Source: Malacoraja senta (lineage: Eukaryota). From it: a stretch of 31,948 bases of DNA. The stretch spans positions 62,001 through 93,948 of the forward strand of contig JAXLNO010000201.1 in the NCBI GenBank assembly GCA_038087875.1, in the 5' to 3' direction. The notes beneath the pieces were generated by a model, which was given only the letters and a program-made list of their open reading frames with translations, was not told the origin of the DNA and did not search any database. Positions within the stretch are counted from its first letter, which is position 1. Every line of letters starts with the position of its first letter. This document shows positions 11,861 through 26,238 of this stretch, in pieces. Made by a program: the position numbers and the translations under genes.

Positions 11861-12999
11861 TTGTGGCGACCTTGCAAGATTTATGGCGACCTTGCCGCAA
11901 ATGTGGTGACCTTGCCGGATTTGTGGCGACCTTGCCGCATTTATGGCGACCTTGTGGGATTTGTGGCGGCCTTGCCGGATTTATGGCGACCTTGCCGGCA
12001 TTGTGGCGACCTAGCCGGACTTGTGGCGACCCTGCCGGATTCATGGCGACCTTGCCGGAAATGTGGTGACCTTCCGGATTTGTGGCGAGGATGCGGGATT
12101 TATGGCGAACTTGCCGGAATGTTGCGACCTTGCTGGATTTGTGGCGACCTTGCCGAATTTATGGCTACATTGATTGAAATGTGGCGACCTTGCCGGATTT
12201 GTCGCCACCTTGCCGGATTTGTGGCGACCTTGCCGGATTTATGGCGAGCTTGCCGGAAATATGGCGACCTTGCCGGATTTGTGGCGACCTTGCAGGAAAT
12301 ATCGCGACCTTGCCGGATTTATGGCGACCTTGTCGGATTTGAGACGACCTTGCCGGATTTCTGGCGACGTTGCCGGAAATGCGGCGACCTTGCCTGAAAT
12401 GTGGCGACCTTGCCGGATTTGTGTCGACCTTGCCGGAAATATGGCGACCTTGCCGGAAATGTGGCGATCTTGCCGGATTTGTGGCGACCTTGCCGGATTT
12501 ATGGCGTCCTTGCCGGAAATGTGGTGACCTTGCCGGATTTGTGGCGACCTTGCCGGATTTATGGCGACCTTGTGGGATTTGTGGCGACCTTGCCGGATTT
12601 ATGGCGACCTTGCCGGCAATGTGGCGACCTAGCCGGACTTGTGGCGACCCTGCCGGATTCATGGCGACCTTGCCGGAAATGTGGTGACCTTGCCGGATTT
12701 GTGGCGAGGATGCCGGATTTATGGCGACCTTGCCGGAATGTTGCGACCTTGCTGGATTTGTGACGACCTTGCCGAATGTATGCATACCTTGATTGAAATG
12801 TGGCGACCTTGCCGGATTTGTCGCCACCTTGCCGGATTTGTGGCGATCTTACCGGATTTATGGCGACCTTGCCGGAAATATGGCGACATTGCCGGATTTG
12901 TGGCGACCTTGCCGGAAATGTGGCGACCTTGCCGGATTTGTGGCGACCTTGCCGGATTTTTGGCGTCCTTGCCGGAAATGTGGCGACCTTGGCGGGTTT

Positions 13000-15130
13000 A
13001 TGGCGACCTTGTCGGATTTGAGACGACCTTGCCGGATTTATGGCGACGTTGCCGGAAATGCGGCGAACTTGCCTGAAATGTGGCGACCTTGACGGATTTA
13101 TGGCGACCTTGCCGGATTTATGGCGACCTTGCCGGGGATGTGGCGACCTTGCCGTATTTGTGGCGACCTTGCAGGATTTATGGCGACCTTGCCGCAAATG
13201 TTTTGACCTTGCCGGATTTGTGGCGACCTTGCCGGATTTATGGAGACCTTGTGGGATTTGTGGCGACCTTGCCGGATTTATGGCGACTTTGCCGGCAATG
13301 TGGCGACCTAGCCGGACTTGTGGCGACCTTGCCGGATTCATGGCGACCTTGCCGGAAATGTGGTGACCTTGCCGGATTTATGGCGACGATGCCGGATTTA
13401 TGGCGACCTTGCCGGAATGTTGCGACCTTGCTGGATTTGTGGCGACCTTGCCGAATTTATGGCTACCTTGATTGATATGTGGCGACCTTGCCGGATTTGT
13501 CGCCACCTTGCCGGATTTGTGGCGACCTTGCCGGATTTATGGCGACCTTGCCGGTAATATGGCGACCTTGCCGGATTTGTGGCGACCTTGCCGGAAATAT
13601 GGCGACCTTGCCGGAAATGTGGCGACTATGCCGGATTTGTGGCGACCTTGCCGGATTTATTGCGTCCTTGCCGGAAATATGGCGACCTTGCCGGATTTAT
13701 GGCGACCTTGCCGGAAATATGGCGACCTTGCCGGAAATGTGGCGACCTTGCCGGATTTGTGGCGACCTTGCCGGATTTATAGCGACCTTGCCGGGAATAT
13801 GGCGACCTTGCCGCATTCGTGGCGACCTTGCCGGGGTTTATGGCGACCTTGCCAGAAATATGCCGACCTTGCCGCATTTGTGCCGACTTTGCCTGATTTA
13901 TGGCGCCCTTGCCGGATTTATGGCTACCTTGATTGAAATGTGGCGACCTTGCCGGATTTGTCGCCACCTTGCCGGATTTGTCGCCACCTTGGCGAATTTG
14001 TGGCGACCTTGCTGGATTTATGGCGACCTTGTCGGAAATGTGGCGACCCTTGCCGGATTTGTGGCGACCTTGCCGGATTTTTGGCGTCCTTGCCGGAAAT
14101 GTGGCGACCTTGTCGGATTTGAGACGACCTTGCCGGATTTATGGCGACGTTGCCGGAAATGCGGCGAACTTGCCTGAAATGTGGCGACCTTGACGGATTT
14201 ATGGCGACCTTGCCGGATTTATGGCGACCTTGCCGGGGATGTGGCGACCTTGCCGTATTTGTGGCGACCTTGCAGGATTTATGGCGACCTTGCCGCAAAT
14301 GTTTTGACCTTGCCGGATTTGTGGCGACCTTGCCGGATTTATGGAGACCTTGTGGGATTTGTGGCGACCTTGCCGGATTTATGGCGACTTTGCCGGCAAT
14401 GTGGCGACCTAGCCGGACTTGTGGCGACCTTGCCGGATTCATGGCGACCTTGCCGGAAATGTGGTGACCTTGCCGGATTTATGGCGACGATGCCGGATTT
14501 ATGGCGACCTTGCCGGAATGTTGCGACCTTGCTGGATTTGTGGCGACCTTGCCGAATTTATGGCTACCTTGATTGATATGTGGCGACCTTGCCGGATTTG
14601 TCGCCACCTTGCCGGATTTGTGGCGACCTTGCCGGATTTATGGCGACCTTGCCGGTAATATGGCGACCTTGCCGGATTTGTGGCGACCTTGCCGGAAATA
14701 TGGCGACCTTGCCGGAAATGTGGCGACTATGCCGGATTTGTGGCGACCTTGCCGGATTTATTGCGTCCTTGCCGGAAATATGGCGACCTTGCCGGATTTA
14801 TGGCGACCTTGCCGGAAATATGGCGACCTTGCCGGAAATTGGCGACCTTGCCGGATTTGTGGCGACCTTGCCGGATTTATAGCGACCTTGCCGGGAATAT
14901 GGCGACCTTGCCGCATTCGTGGCGACCTTGCCGGGTTTATGGCGACCTTGCCAGAAATATGCCGACCTTGCCGCATTTGTGCCGACTTTGCCTGATTTAT
15001 GGCGCCCTTGCCGGATTTATGGCTACCTTGATTGAAATGTGGCGACCTTGCCGGATTTGTCGCCACCTTGCCGGATTTGTCGCCACCTTGGCGGATTTGT
15101 GGCGACCTTGCTGGATTTATGGCGACCTTG
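13000..15130 (+). repeat. Tandem duplication, period about 1101 bp (about 13000-14030; about 14101-15130)
   Basis: Private variants shared by both copies: gcggcgaactt, aaatgttttgacc, gattgatatgt, ggcgactatg, ttatagcgac. ORF pairs 13040/14141, 13318/14419, 13472/14573. Confidence 0.9.
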
Positions 15131-15949
15131 CCGGAAATATGGCGACCTTGCCGGATTTGTGGCGACCTTGCCGGAAATATGGCGACCTTGCCGGAAATGT
15201 GGCGACTTTGCCGGATTTGTGGCGACCTTGCCGGATTTATGGCGCCCTTGCCGGAAATGTGGCGACCTTGCCGGATTTATGGCGACCTTGCCGGATTTAT
15301 GGCGACATTGCCGATTTGTGGCGACCTTGCCGGAAATATGGCGACCTTGCCGGATTTTTGGCGACCTTCACGGATTTATGGCGACCTTGCCGGAAATATG
15401 GCTACCTTGCCGGATTTGTGGCGACTTTGCCGGATTCATGGCGACCTTGCCTGATTTATGGCGACCTTGCCGGATTTATGGCGTCCTTGCCGACACTGTG
15501 GCGACCTTGCCGGACTTGTGGCGACCTTGCCGGATTCATGGCGACCTTGCCGGAAATGTGGTGACCTTGCCGGGATTTATGGCGACGATGCCGGATTTAT
15601 GGCGACCTTGCTGGAATGTTGCGACCTTGCTGGATTTGTGGCGACCTTGCCGAATTGATGGCTACCTTGATTGAAATGTGGCGACCTTGCCGGATTTGTC
15701 GCCACCTTGCCGGATTTGTCGCCACTTTGCCGGATTTGTGACGACCTTGCCGGATTTATGGCGACCTTGCCGGAAATATGGCGACCTTGCCGGATTTGTG
15801 GCGACCTTGCCGGAAATATGGCGACCTTGCCGGAAATGTGGCGACCTTGCCGGATTTGTGGCGACCTTGCCGGATTTATGGCTACCTTGATTGAAATGTG
15901 GCGACCTTGCCGGATTTGTGGCGACCTTGCCGCATTTATGGCGACGTTG

Positions 15950-18900
15950 CCGGAAAATGGCGACATTGCCGGATTTGTGGCGACCTTGCCGGAAATATGG
16001 CGACCTTGCCGGATTTTTGGCGACCTTCATGGATTTATGCCGACCTTGCCGGAAATATGGCTACCTTGCCGGATTTGTGGCTACTTTGCCGGATTCATGG
16101 CGACCTTGCCGGAACTATGGAGACCTTGTCGGATTTGTTGCGACCTTGGCCGATTTGTTGCGACCTTGCCGGAAATATGGCGACCTTGCCGCACTTGTGG
16201 CGACCTTGCCGGATTTATGGCGACCTTGCCAGAAATATGCCGACCTTGCCGCATTTGTGCCGACTTTGCCTGATTTATGGCGACCCTGCCGGATTCATGG
16301 CGACCTTGCCGGAAATATGGCGACCTTGCCGGATTTGTGGCGACCTTGCCGGATTTATGGCGACCTTGCCAGAAATGTTGTGACCTTGCCGGATTTATGG
16401 CAACGATACCGGATTTATGGCGACCTTGCCGGATTGTTGCGACCTTGCTGGATTTGTGGCGACCTTGCCGAATTGATGGCTACCTTGATTGAAATGTGGC
16501 GACCTTGCCGGATTTGTCGCCACCTTGCCGGAAATATGGCTACCTGCCCGGATTTTTGGCGACCTTGCCGGATTTATGGCGACCTTGCCGGAAATATGGC
16601 GACCTTGCCGGATTTGTGGCGACCTTGCCGGAAAATATGGCGACCTTGCCGTAAATGTGGCGACCTTGCCGGATTTGTGGCGACCATGCCGGATTTATGG
16701 CGTCCTTGCCGGAAATGTGGCGACCTTGCCGGATTTATGGCGACCTTGTCGGATTTGTGATGACCTTGCCGGATTTATGGCGACGTTGCCGGAAATGCGG
16801 CGACCTTGCCTGAAATGTGGCGAACTTGACGGATTTGTGGCGACCTTGACGGATTTGTGGCGACCTTGCCGGATTTATGGCGACCTTGCCGGGGATGTGG
16901 CGACCTTGCCGTATTTGTAGCGACCTTGCAGGATTTATGGCGACCTTGCCGCAAATATGGTGACTTTGCCGGATTTGTGGCGACCTTGCCGGATTTATGG
17001 CGAGCTTGCCGGATTTATGGCTACCTTGATTGAAATGTGGCGACCTTCCCGGATTTGTCGCCACCTTGCCGGAATTGTGGCGACCTTGCCGGATTTATGG
17101 CGACCTTGCCGGAAAATGGCGACATTGCCGGATTTGTGGCGACCTTGCCGGAAATATGGCGACCTTGCCGGATTTATGGCGACCTTCACGGATTTATGGC
17201 GACCTTGCCGGAAATATGGCTACCTTGCCGGATTTGTGGCGACTTTGCCGGATTCATGGCGACCTTGCCGGAACTATGGCGTCCTTGTCGGATTTGTGGC
17301 GACCTTGGCCGATTTGTTGCGACCTTGCCGGAAATATGGCGACCTTGCCGCACTTGTGGCGACCTTGCCGGATTTATGGCGACCTTGCCAGAAATGTTGT
17401 GACCTTGCCGGATTTATGGCGACGATACCGGATTTATGGCGACCTTGCCGGAATGTTGCGACCTTGCTGGATTTGTGGCGACCTTGCCGAATTGATGGCT
17501 ACCTTGATTGAAATGTGGCGACCTTGCCGGATTTGTCGCCCACTTGCCGGAAATATGGCTACCTGCCCGGATTTTTGGCGACCTTGCCGGATTTATGGCG
17601 ACCTTGCCGGAAATATGGCGACCTTGCCGGATTTGTGGCGACCTTGCCGGAAATATGGCGACCTTGCCGTAAATGTGGCGACCTTGCCGGATTTGTGGCG
17701 ACCATGCCGGATTTATGGCGTCCTTGCCGGAAATGTGGCGACCTTGCCGGATTTATGGCGACCTTGTCGGATTTGTGATGACCTTGCCGGATTTATGGCG
17801 ACGTTGCCGGAAATGCGGCGACCTTGCCTGAAATGTGGCGAACTTGACGGATTTGTGGCGACCTTGCCGGATTTATGGCGACCTTGCCGTCGATGTGGCG
17901 ACCTTGCCGTATTTGTGGCGACCTTGCAGGATTTTTGGCGACCTTGTGGGATTTGTGGCGACCTTGCCGGCAATGTGGCGACCTAGCCGGACTTGTGGCG
18001 ACCTTGCCGGATTCGTGGCGACCTTGCCGGAATGTTGCGACCTTGCTGGATTTGTGGCGAACTTGCCGAATTTATTGCTACCTTGATTGAAATGTGGCGA
18101 CCTTGCCGGATTTGTCGCCACCTTGCCGGATTTGTGGCGACCTTGTCGGATTTATGGCGACCCCTCCGGAAATATGGCGACATTGCCGGATTTGTGGCGA
18201 ACTTGCCGGAAATATGGCGACCTTGCCGGATTTTTGGAGACCTTGACGGATTTATGGCGACCTTTCCGGAAATATGGCTACCTGCCCGGATTTGTGGCGA
18301 CTTTGCCGGATTCATGGCGACCTTGCCGGAAATATGGCGACCTTGTCGGATTTGTGGCGACCTTGGCCGATTTGTTGCGACCTTGCCGGAAATGTGGCGA
18401 ACTTGCCGGATTTGTGGCGGCCGTGTCGGATTTGTGGCGACCTTGCCGGAAATAGGCGACTCTGCCGGATATGTGGCGACCTTGCCGGATTTATGGCGAC
18501 CTTGCCGGATTTGTGGCGACTTTGCCGGATTCATGGCGACCTTGCCGGAACTATGGCGACCTTGTCGGACTTGTGGCGACCTTGGCCGATTTGTTGCGAC
18601 CTTGCCGGAAATATGGCGACCTTGCCGCACTTGTGGCGACCTTGCCGGATTTATGGCGACCTTGCCAGAAATGTTGTGACCTTGCCGGATTTATGGCGAC
18701 GATACCGGATTTATGGCGACCTTGCCGGAATGTTGCGACCTTGCTGGATTTGTGGCGACCTTGCCGAATTGATGGCTACCTTGATTGAAATGTGGCGACC
18801 TTGCCGGGTTTGTCGCCACCTTGCCGGAAATATGGCTACCTGCCCGGAATTTTGGCGACCTTGCCGGATTTATGGCGACCTTGCCGGAAATATGGCGACC

Positions 18901-19680
18901 TTGCCGGATTTGTGGCGACCTTGCCGGAAATATGGCGACCTTGCCGTAAATGTGGCGACCTTGCCGGATTTGTGGCGACCATGCCGGATTTATGGCGTCC
19001 TTGACGGAAATGTGGCGACCTTGCCGGATTTATGGCGACCTTGTCGGATTTGTGATGACCTTGCCGGATTTATGGCGACGTTGCCGGAAATGCGGCGACC
19101 TTGCCTGAAATGTGGCGAACTTGACGGATTTGTGGCGACCTTGCCGGATTTATGGCGACCTTGCCGTCGATGTGGCGACCTTGCCGTATTTGTGGCGACC
19201 TTGCAGGATTTTTGGCGACCTTGTGGGATTTGTGGCGACCTTGCCGGCAATGTGGCGACCTAGCCGGACTTGTGGCGACCTTGCCGGATTCGTGGCGACT
19301 TTGCCGGAATGTTGCGACCTTGCTGGATTTGTGGCGAACTTGCCGAATTTATTGCTACCTTGATTGAAATGTGGCGACCTTGCCGGATTTGTCGCCACCT
19401 TGCCGGATTTGTGGCGACCTTGTCGGATTTATGGCGACCCCTCCGGAAATATGGCGACATTGCCGGATTCATGGCGACCTTGCCGGAAATATGGCGACCT
19501 TGTCGGATTTGTGGCGACCTTGGCCGATTTGTTGCGACCTTGCCGGAAATGTGGCGAACTTGCCGGATTTGTGGCGGCCGTGTCGGATTTGTGGCGACCT
19601 TGCCGGAAATAGGCGACTCTGCCGGATTTGTGGCGACCTTGCCGGATTTATGGCGACCTTGCCGGATTTGTGGCGACCTT
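15950..19680 (+). repeat. Imperfect tandem triplication; second and third copies offset 1277 bp (1157 after a 120-bp internal deletion); first copy offset 1159/1019
   Basis: gacgataccgg or aacgatacc, aattgatggctacc and ctacctgcccgg near 16400-16550, 17420-17570 and 18700-18850. gccgtcgatgt at 17886/19163. ORF pairs 17515/18792, 17835/19112, 18087/19364. ccgtgtcgg at 18421/19578. Confidence 0.85.
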
Positions 19681-22600
19681 GCAGGATTTATGGCGACCAT
19701 ACCGGATTTATGGCGACTTTGCCGGATTTAAGGCGACCTTGCCGGGAATATGGCGACCTTACCGCATTTGTGGCGACCTTGCCGGATTTATGGCGACCTT
19801 GCCGGAAATGTGGTGACCTTGCCGGATTTATGGCGACCTTGTCGGATTTGTGGCGGCCTTGCCGGATTTATGGCGACCTTACCGGAAATCTGGCGACCTT
19901 GCCTGAAATGTGGCGACCTTGACGGATTTGTGGCGACCTTGCCGGATTTATGGCGACCTTGCCGGGGATGTGGCGCCATCCAGGATTTGTGGCGATCTTG
20001 TCAGATTTCTGGCGACCTGGCCGGAATTGTGGCGACCTTTCCATATTTGTGGCGACCTCACAGGATTTATGGCGACCTTGCCGCAAATGTGGTGACCTTG
20101 CCGGATTTGTGGCGACTTTGCCGGATTTATGGCGACCTTGTGGGATTTGTGGCGACCTTGCCGGATTTATGGCGACCTTGCCGGAAATGTGGCGACCTAG
20201 CCGGACTTGTGGCGACCCTGCCGGATTCATGGGGACCTTGCCGGAAATGTGGTGACCTTGCCGGATTTGTGGCGAGGATGCCGGATTTATGGCGACCTTG
20301 CCGGAATGTTGCGACCTTGGTGGATTTGTGGCGACTTTGCCGAATTTATGGCTACCTTGATTGAAATGTGGCGACCTTGCCGGATTTGTCGCCACCTTGA
20401 CGGATTTGTGGCGACCTTGCCGGATTTATGGCGACCTTGCCGGAAATGTGGCGACCTTGCCGGATTTGTGGCGACCTTGCCGGATTTATGGCGACCTTGC
20501 CGGGGATGTGGCGACCTTGCCGTATTTGTGGCGACCTTACAGGATTTATGGCGACCTTGCCGCAAATGTGGTGACTTTGCCGGATTTGTGGCGACCTTGC
20601 CGGATTTTTGGCGACCTTGTGGGATTTGTGGCGACCTTGCCGGATTTATGGCGACCTTGCCGGCAATGTGGCGACCTTGGTGGATTTGTGGCGACTTTGC
20701 CGAATTTATGGCTACCTTGATTGAAATGTGGCGACCTTGCCGGATTTGTCGCCACCTTGACGGATTTGTGGCGACTTTGCCGAATTTATGGCTACCTTGA
20801 TTGAAATGTGGCGACCTTGCCGGATTTGTCGCCACCTTGACGGATTTGTGGCGACCCTGCCGGATTCATGGCGGCCTTGCGGGAAATGTGGTGACCTTTC
20901 CGGATTTGTGGCGAGGATGCCGGATTTGTGGCGACATTGTCGGATTTATTGCAACCTTGCCGCAAATATGGCGACCTTGCCGGATTTGTGGCGAACTTGC
21001 CGGAAATATGGCGACCTTGCCGGAAATGTGGCGACCATGCCGGATTTGTGGCGACCTTGCCGTATTTATGTCGTCCTTGCCGGAAATGTGGCGACCTTGC
21101 CGGATTTATGGCGACCTTGTCGGATTTGAAACGACCTTGCCGGATTTATGGCGACGTTGCCGGAATTGCGGCGACCTTGCCTGAAATGTGGCGACCTTGA
21201 CGGATTTGTGGCGACCTTGCCGGATTTATGGCGACCTTGCCGGAGATGTGGCGACCTTGCCGTATTTGTGGCGACCTTGCAGGATTTATGGCGACCTTGC
21301 CGCAAATGTGGTGACCTTGCCGGATTTGTGGCGACCTTGCCGGATTTATGGCTACCGATTGAAATGTGGCGACCTTGCCGGATTTGTCGCCACCTTGCCG
21401 GATTTGTGGCGACCTTGCCGGATTTATGGCGACCTTGCCGGAAATATGGCGACATTGCCGGATTTGTGGCGACCTTGCCGGAAATATGGCGACCTTGCCG
21501 GATTTTTGGCGACCTTCACGGATTTATGGCGAACTTGCCGGATATATGGCTACCTTGCCGGATTTGTGGTGACTTTACCGGATTCATGGCGACCTTGCCG
21601 GAACTATGGCAACCTTGTCGGGTTTGTGGCGACCTTGGCCGATTTGTTGCGACCTTGCCGGAAATATGGCGACCTTGCCGCACTTGTGGCGACCTTGCCG
21701 GATTTATGGCGACCTTGCCAGAAATATGCCGACCTTGCCGCATTTGTGCCGACTTTGCCTTATTTATGGCGACCTTGCCGGATTTATGGCGACCTTGCCG
21801 GCACTGTGGCGACCTCGCCGGACTTGTGGCGACCTTGCCGGATTCATGGCGACCTTGCCGGAAATGTGGTGACCTTGCCGGATTTATGGCGACGATGCCG
21901 GATTTATGGCGACCTTGCAGGAATGTTGCGACCTTGCTGGATTTGTGGCGACCTTGCCGAATTGATGGCTACCTTGATTGAAATGTGGCGACCTTGCCGG
22001 ATTTGTCGCCACCTTGCCGGATTTGTCGCCACCTTGCCGGATTTGTGGCGACCTTGCCGGATTTATGGCGACCTTGCCGGAAATATGGCGACCTTGCCGG
22101 ATTTGTGGCGACCTTGCCGGAAATATGGCGACCTTGCCGGAAATGTGGCGACCTTGCCGGATTTGTGGCGAACTTGCCGGATTTATGGCGTCCTTGCCGG
22201 AAATGTGGCGACCTTGCCGGATTTATGGCGACCTTGTCGGATTTGTGATGACCTTGCCGGATTTATGGCGACGTTGCCGGAAATGCGGCGACCTTGCCTG
22301 AAATGTGGCGAACTTGACGGATTTGTGGCGACCTTGCCCGATTTATGGCGACCTTGACGGGGTTGTGGCGACCTTGCCGTATTTGTGGCGACCTTGCAGG
22401 ATTTATGGCGACCTTGCCGCAAATGTGGTGACCTTGCCGGATTTGTGGCGACCTTCCCGGATTTTTGGCGACCTTGTGGGATTTGTGGCGACCTTGCCGG
22501 ATTTATGGGGACCTTGCCGGCAATGTGGCGACCTAGCCGGACTTGTGGCGACCTTGCCGGATTCATGGCGACCTTGCCGGAATGTTGCGACCTTGCCGGA

Positions 22601-23039
22601 TTTGTGGCGACCTTGCCGGATTTATGGCGACCTCGCCGGAAATATGGCGACATTGCCGGATTTGTGGCGACCTTGCCGGAAATATGGCGACCTTCCCGGA
22701 TTTGTGGCGACTTTGCCGGATTCATGGCGACCTTGCCGGAAATATGGCGACCTTGTCGGATTTGTAGCGACCTTGGCCGATTTGTTGCGACCTTGCCGGA
22801 AATGTGGCGAACTTGCCGGATTTGTGGCGGCCGTGTCGGATTTATGGCGACCTTGCCGGAAATAGGCGAATCTGCCGGATTTGTGGCGACCTTGCCGGAT
22901 TTATGGCGACCTTGCCGGATTTGTTGCGACCTTGCAGGATTTATGGCGACCATGCCGGATTTATGGCGACATTGCCGGATTTATGGCGACCTTGCCGGGG
23001 ATGTGGCGACCTTGCCGTATTTGTGGCGACCTTGCCGGA

Positions 23040-26000
23040 TTTATGGCGACCTTGCCGGAAATGTGGTGACCTTGCCGGATTTATGGCGACCTTGTCGGAT
23101 TTGTGGCGGCCTTGCCGGATTTATGGCGACCTTGCCGGAAATCTGGCGACCTTGCCTGAAATGTGGCGACCTTGACGGATTTGTGGCGCCCTAGCCGGAT
23201 TTATGGCGACCTTGCCGGGGATGTGGCGACCATCCAGGATTTGTGGCGATCTTGTCAGATTTCTGGCGACCTGGCCGGAATTGTGGCGACCTTTCCGTAT
23301 TTGTGGCGACATTAACGGGTTTATGGCGACCTTGCCGCAAATGTGGCGACCTTGCCGGATTTGTGGCGACCTTGCCTGATTTATGGCGACCTTGCGGGAT
23401 TTGTGGCGACCTTGCTGATTTGTGGCGACATTGCCGAATTTATGGCTACCTTGATTGAAATGTGGCGACCTTGCCGGATTTGTCGCCACCTTGCCGGATT
23501 CGTCGCTACCTTGCCGGATTTGTGGCGACCTTGCCGGATTTATGGCGACCTTGCCGGAAATATGGCGACCTTGCCGGATTTGTGGCAACCTTGCCGGAAA
23601 TATGGCGACCTTGCCGGAAATGTGGCGACCTTGCCGGATTTATGGCGACCTTGTCGGATTTGTGACGACCTTGCCGGATTTATGGCGACGTTGCCGGAAA
23701 TGCGGGGACCTTGCCTGAAATGTGGCGAACTTGACGGATTTGTGGCGACCTTGCCGGATTTATGGCGACCTTGCCGGGGATGTGGCGACCTTGCCGTATT
23801 TGTGGCGGCCTTGCAGGATTTATGGCGACCTTGCCGCAAATGTGGTGACCTTGCCGGATTTGTGGCGACCTTGCCGGATTTATGGCGACCTTGTGGGATT
23901 TGTGGCGACCTTGCCGGATTTATGGGGACCTTGCCGGCAATGTGGCGACCTAGCCGGACTTGTGGCGACCTTGACGGATTCATGGCGACCTTGCCGGAAT
24001 GTTGCGACCTTGCTGGATTTGTGGCGACCTTGCCGAATTTATGCCTACCTTGATTGAAATGCGGGGACCTTGCCGGATTTGTCGCCACCTTGCCGGATTT
24101 GTGGCGACCTTGCGGATTTATGGCGACCACGCCGGAAATATGGCGACATTGCCGGATTTGTGGCGACCTTGCCGGAAATATGGCGACCTTGCCGGATTTT
24201 TGGAGACCTTGACGAATTTATGGCGACCTTGCCGGAAATATGGCTACCTTCCCGGATTTGTGGCGACTGCCGGATTCATGGCGACCTTGCTGGAAATATG
24301 GCGACCTTGTCGGATTTGTGGCGACCTTGGCCGATTTGTTGCGACCTTGCCGGAAATGTGGCGAACTTGCCGGATTTGTGGCGGCCGTCTCGGATTTATG
24401 GCGACCTTGCCGGTAATAGGCGACTCTGCCGGATTTGTGGCGACCTTGCCGGATTTATGGCGACCTTGCCGGATTTGTGGCGACCTTGCCGGATTTATGG
24501 CGACCTTGCCGGATTTATGGCGACCTTGCCGGATTTATGGCGACCTTGCCGGGAATATGGCGACCTTGCCGCATTTGTGGCGACCTTGCCGGGTTTATGG
24601 CGACCTTGCCGTAAATGTGGTGACCTTGCCGGATTTATGGCGACCTTGTCGGATTTGTGGCGGCCTTGCCGGATTTATGGCGACCTTGCCGGATTTGTGG
24701 CGACCTTGCAGGATTTACGGCGACCATGCCGGATTTATGGCGACTTTGCCGGATTTATGGCGACGTTGCCGGGAATATGGCGACCTTGCCGCATTTGTGG
24801 CGACCTTGCCGGATTTATGGCGACTTTGCCGGAAATGTGATGACCTTGCCGGATTTATGGCGACCTTGTCGGATTTGTGGCGGCCTTGCCGGATTTATGG
24901 CGACCTTGCCGGAAATCTGGCGACCTTGCCTGAAATGTGGCGACCTTGACGGATTTGTGGCGCCCTAGCCGGATTTATGGCGACCTTGCCGGCGATGTGG
25001 CGACCATCCAGGATTTGTGGCGATCTTGTCAGATTTCTGGCTACCTGGCCGGAATTGTGGCGACCTTTCCGTATTTGTGGCGACATTAACGGATTTATGG
25101 CGACCTTGCCGCAAATGTGGCGACCTTGCCGGATTTGTGGCGACCTTGCCTGATTTATGGCGACCTTGCGGGATTTGTGGCGACCTTGCTGGATTTGTGG
25201 CGACATTGCCGAATTTATGGCTACCTTGATTGAAATGTGGCGACCTTGCCGGATTTGTCGCCACCTTTCCGGATTCGTCAATACCTTGCCGGATTTGTGG
25301 CGACCTTGCCGGATTTATGGCGACCTTGCCGGAAATATGGCGACCTTGCCGGATTTGTGGCAACCTTGCCGGAAATATGGCGACCTTGCCGGAAATGTGG
25401 CGACCTTGCTGGATTTATGGCGACCTTGTCGGATTTGTGACGACCTTGCCGGATTTATGGCGACCTTGCCGGGGATGTGGCGACCTTGCCGTATTTGTGG
25501 CGGCCTTGCATGATTTATGGCGACCTTGCCGCAAATGTGGTGACCTTGCCGGATTTGTGGCGACCTTGCCGGAATGTTGCGATCTTGCTGGATTTGTGGC
25601 GACCTTGCCGAATTTATGCCTACCTTGATTGAAATGTGGCGACCTTGCCGGATTTGTCGCCACCTTGCCGGATTTGTGGCGACGTTGCGGATTTATGGCG
25701 ACCCCGCCGGAAATATGGCGACATTGCCGGATTTGTGGCGACCTTGCCGGAAATATGGCGACCTTGTCGGATTTTTGGAGACCTTGACGGATTTATGGCG
25801 ACCTTGCCGGAAATATGGCTACCTTCCCGGATTTGTGGCGACTGCCGGATTCATGGCGACCATGCTGGAAATATGGCGACCTTGTCGGATTTGTGGCGAC
25901 CTTGGCCGATTTGTTGCGACCTTGCCGGAAATGTGGCGAAATTGCCGGATTTGTGGCGGCCGTCTCGGATTTATGGCGACCTTGCCGGAAATAGGCGACT

Positions 26001-26238
26001 CTGCCGGATTTGTGGCGACCTTGCCGAATTTATGGCGACCTTGCCGGATTTGTGGCGACCTTGCCGGATTTATGGCGACCTTGCCGGATTTATGGCGACC
26101 TTGCCGGATTTATGGCGACCTTGCCGGGAATATGGCAACCTTGCCGCATTTGTGGCGGCCTTGCCGGATTTATGGCGACCTTGCCGTAAATGTGGTGACC
26201 TTGCCGGATTTATGGCGACCTTGTCGGATTTGTGGCGG
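23040..26238 (+). repeat. Imperfect tandem duplication, offset 1774-1775 shrinking to about 1575 through internal monomer deletions
   Basis: gcgccctagccgg at about 23186/24960. ORF pairs 23121/24895, 23243/25017, 23455/25230, 23999/25574. The 18-bp monomer ggcgactgccgg is shared. Confidence 0.8.
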
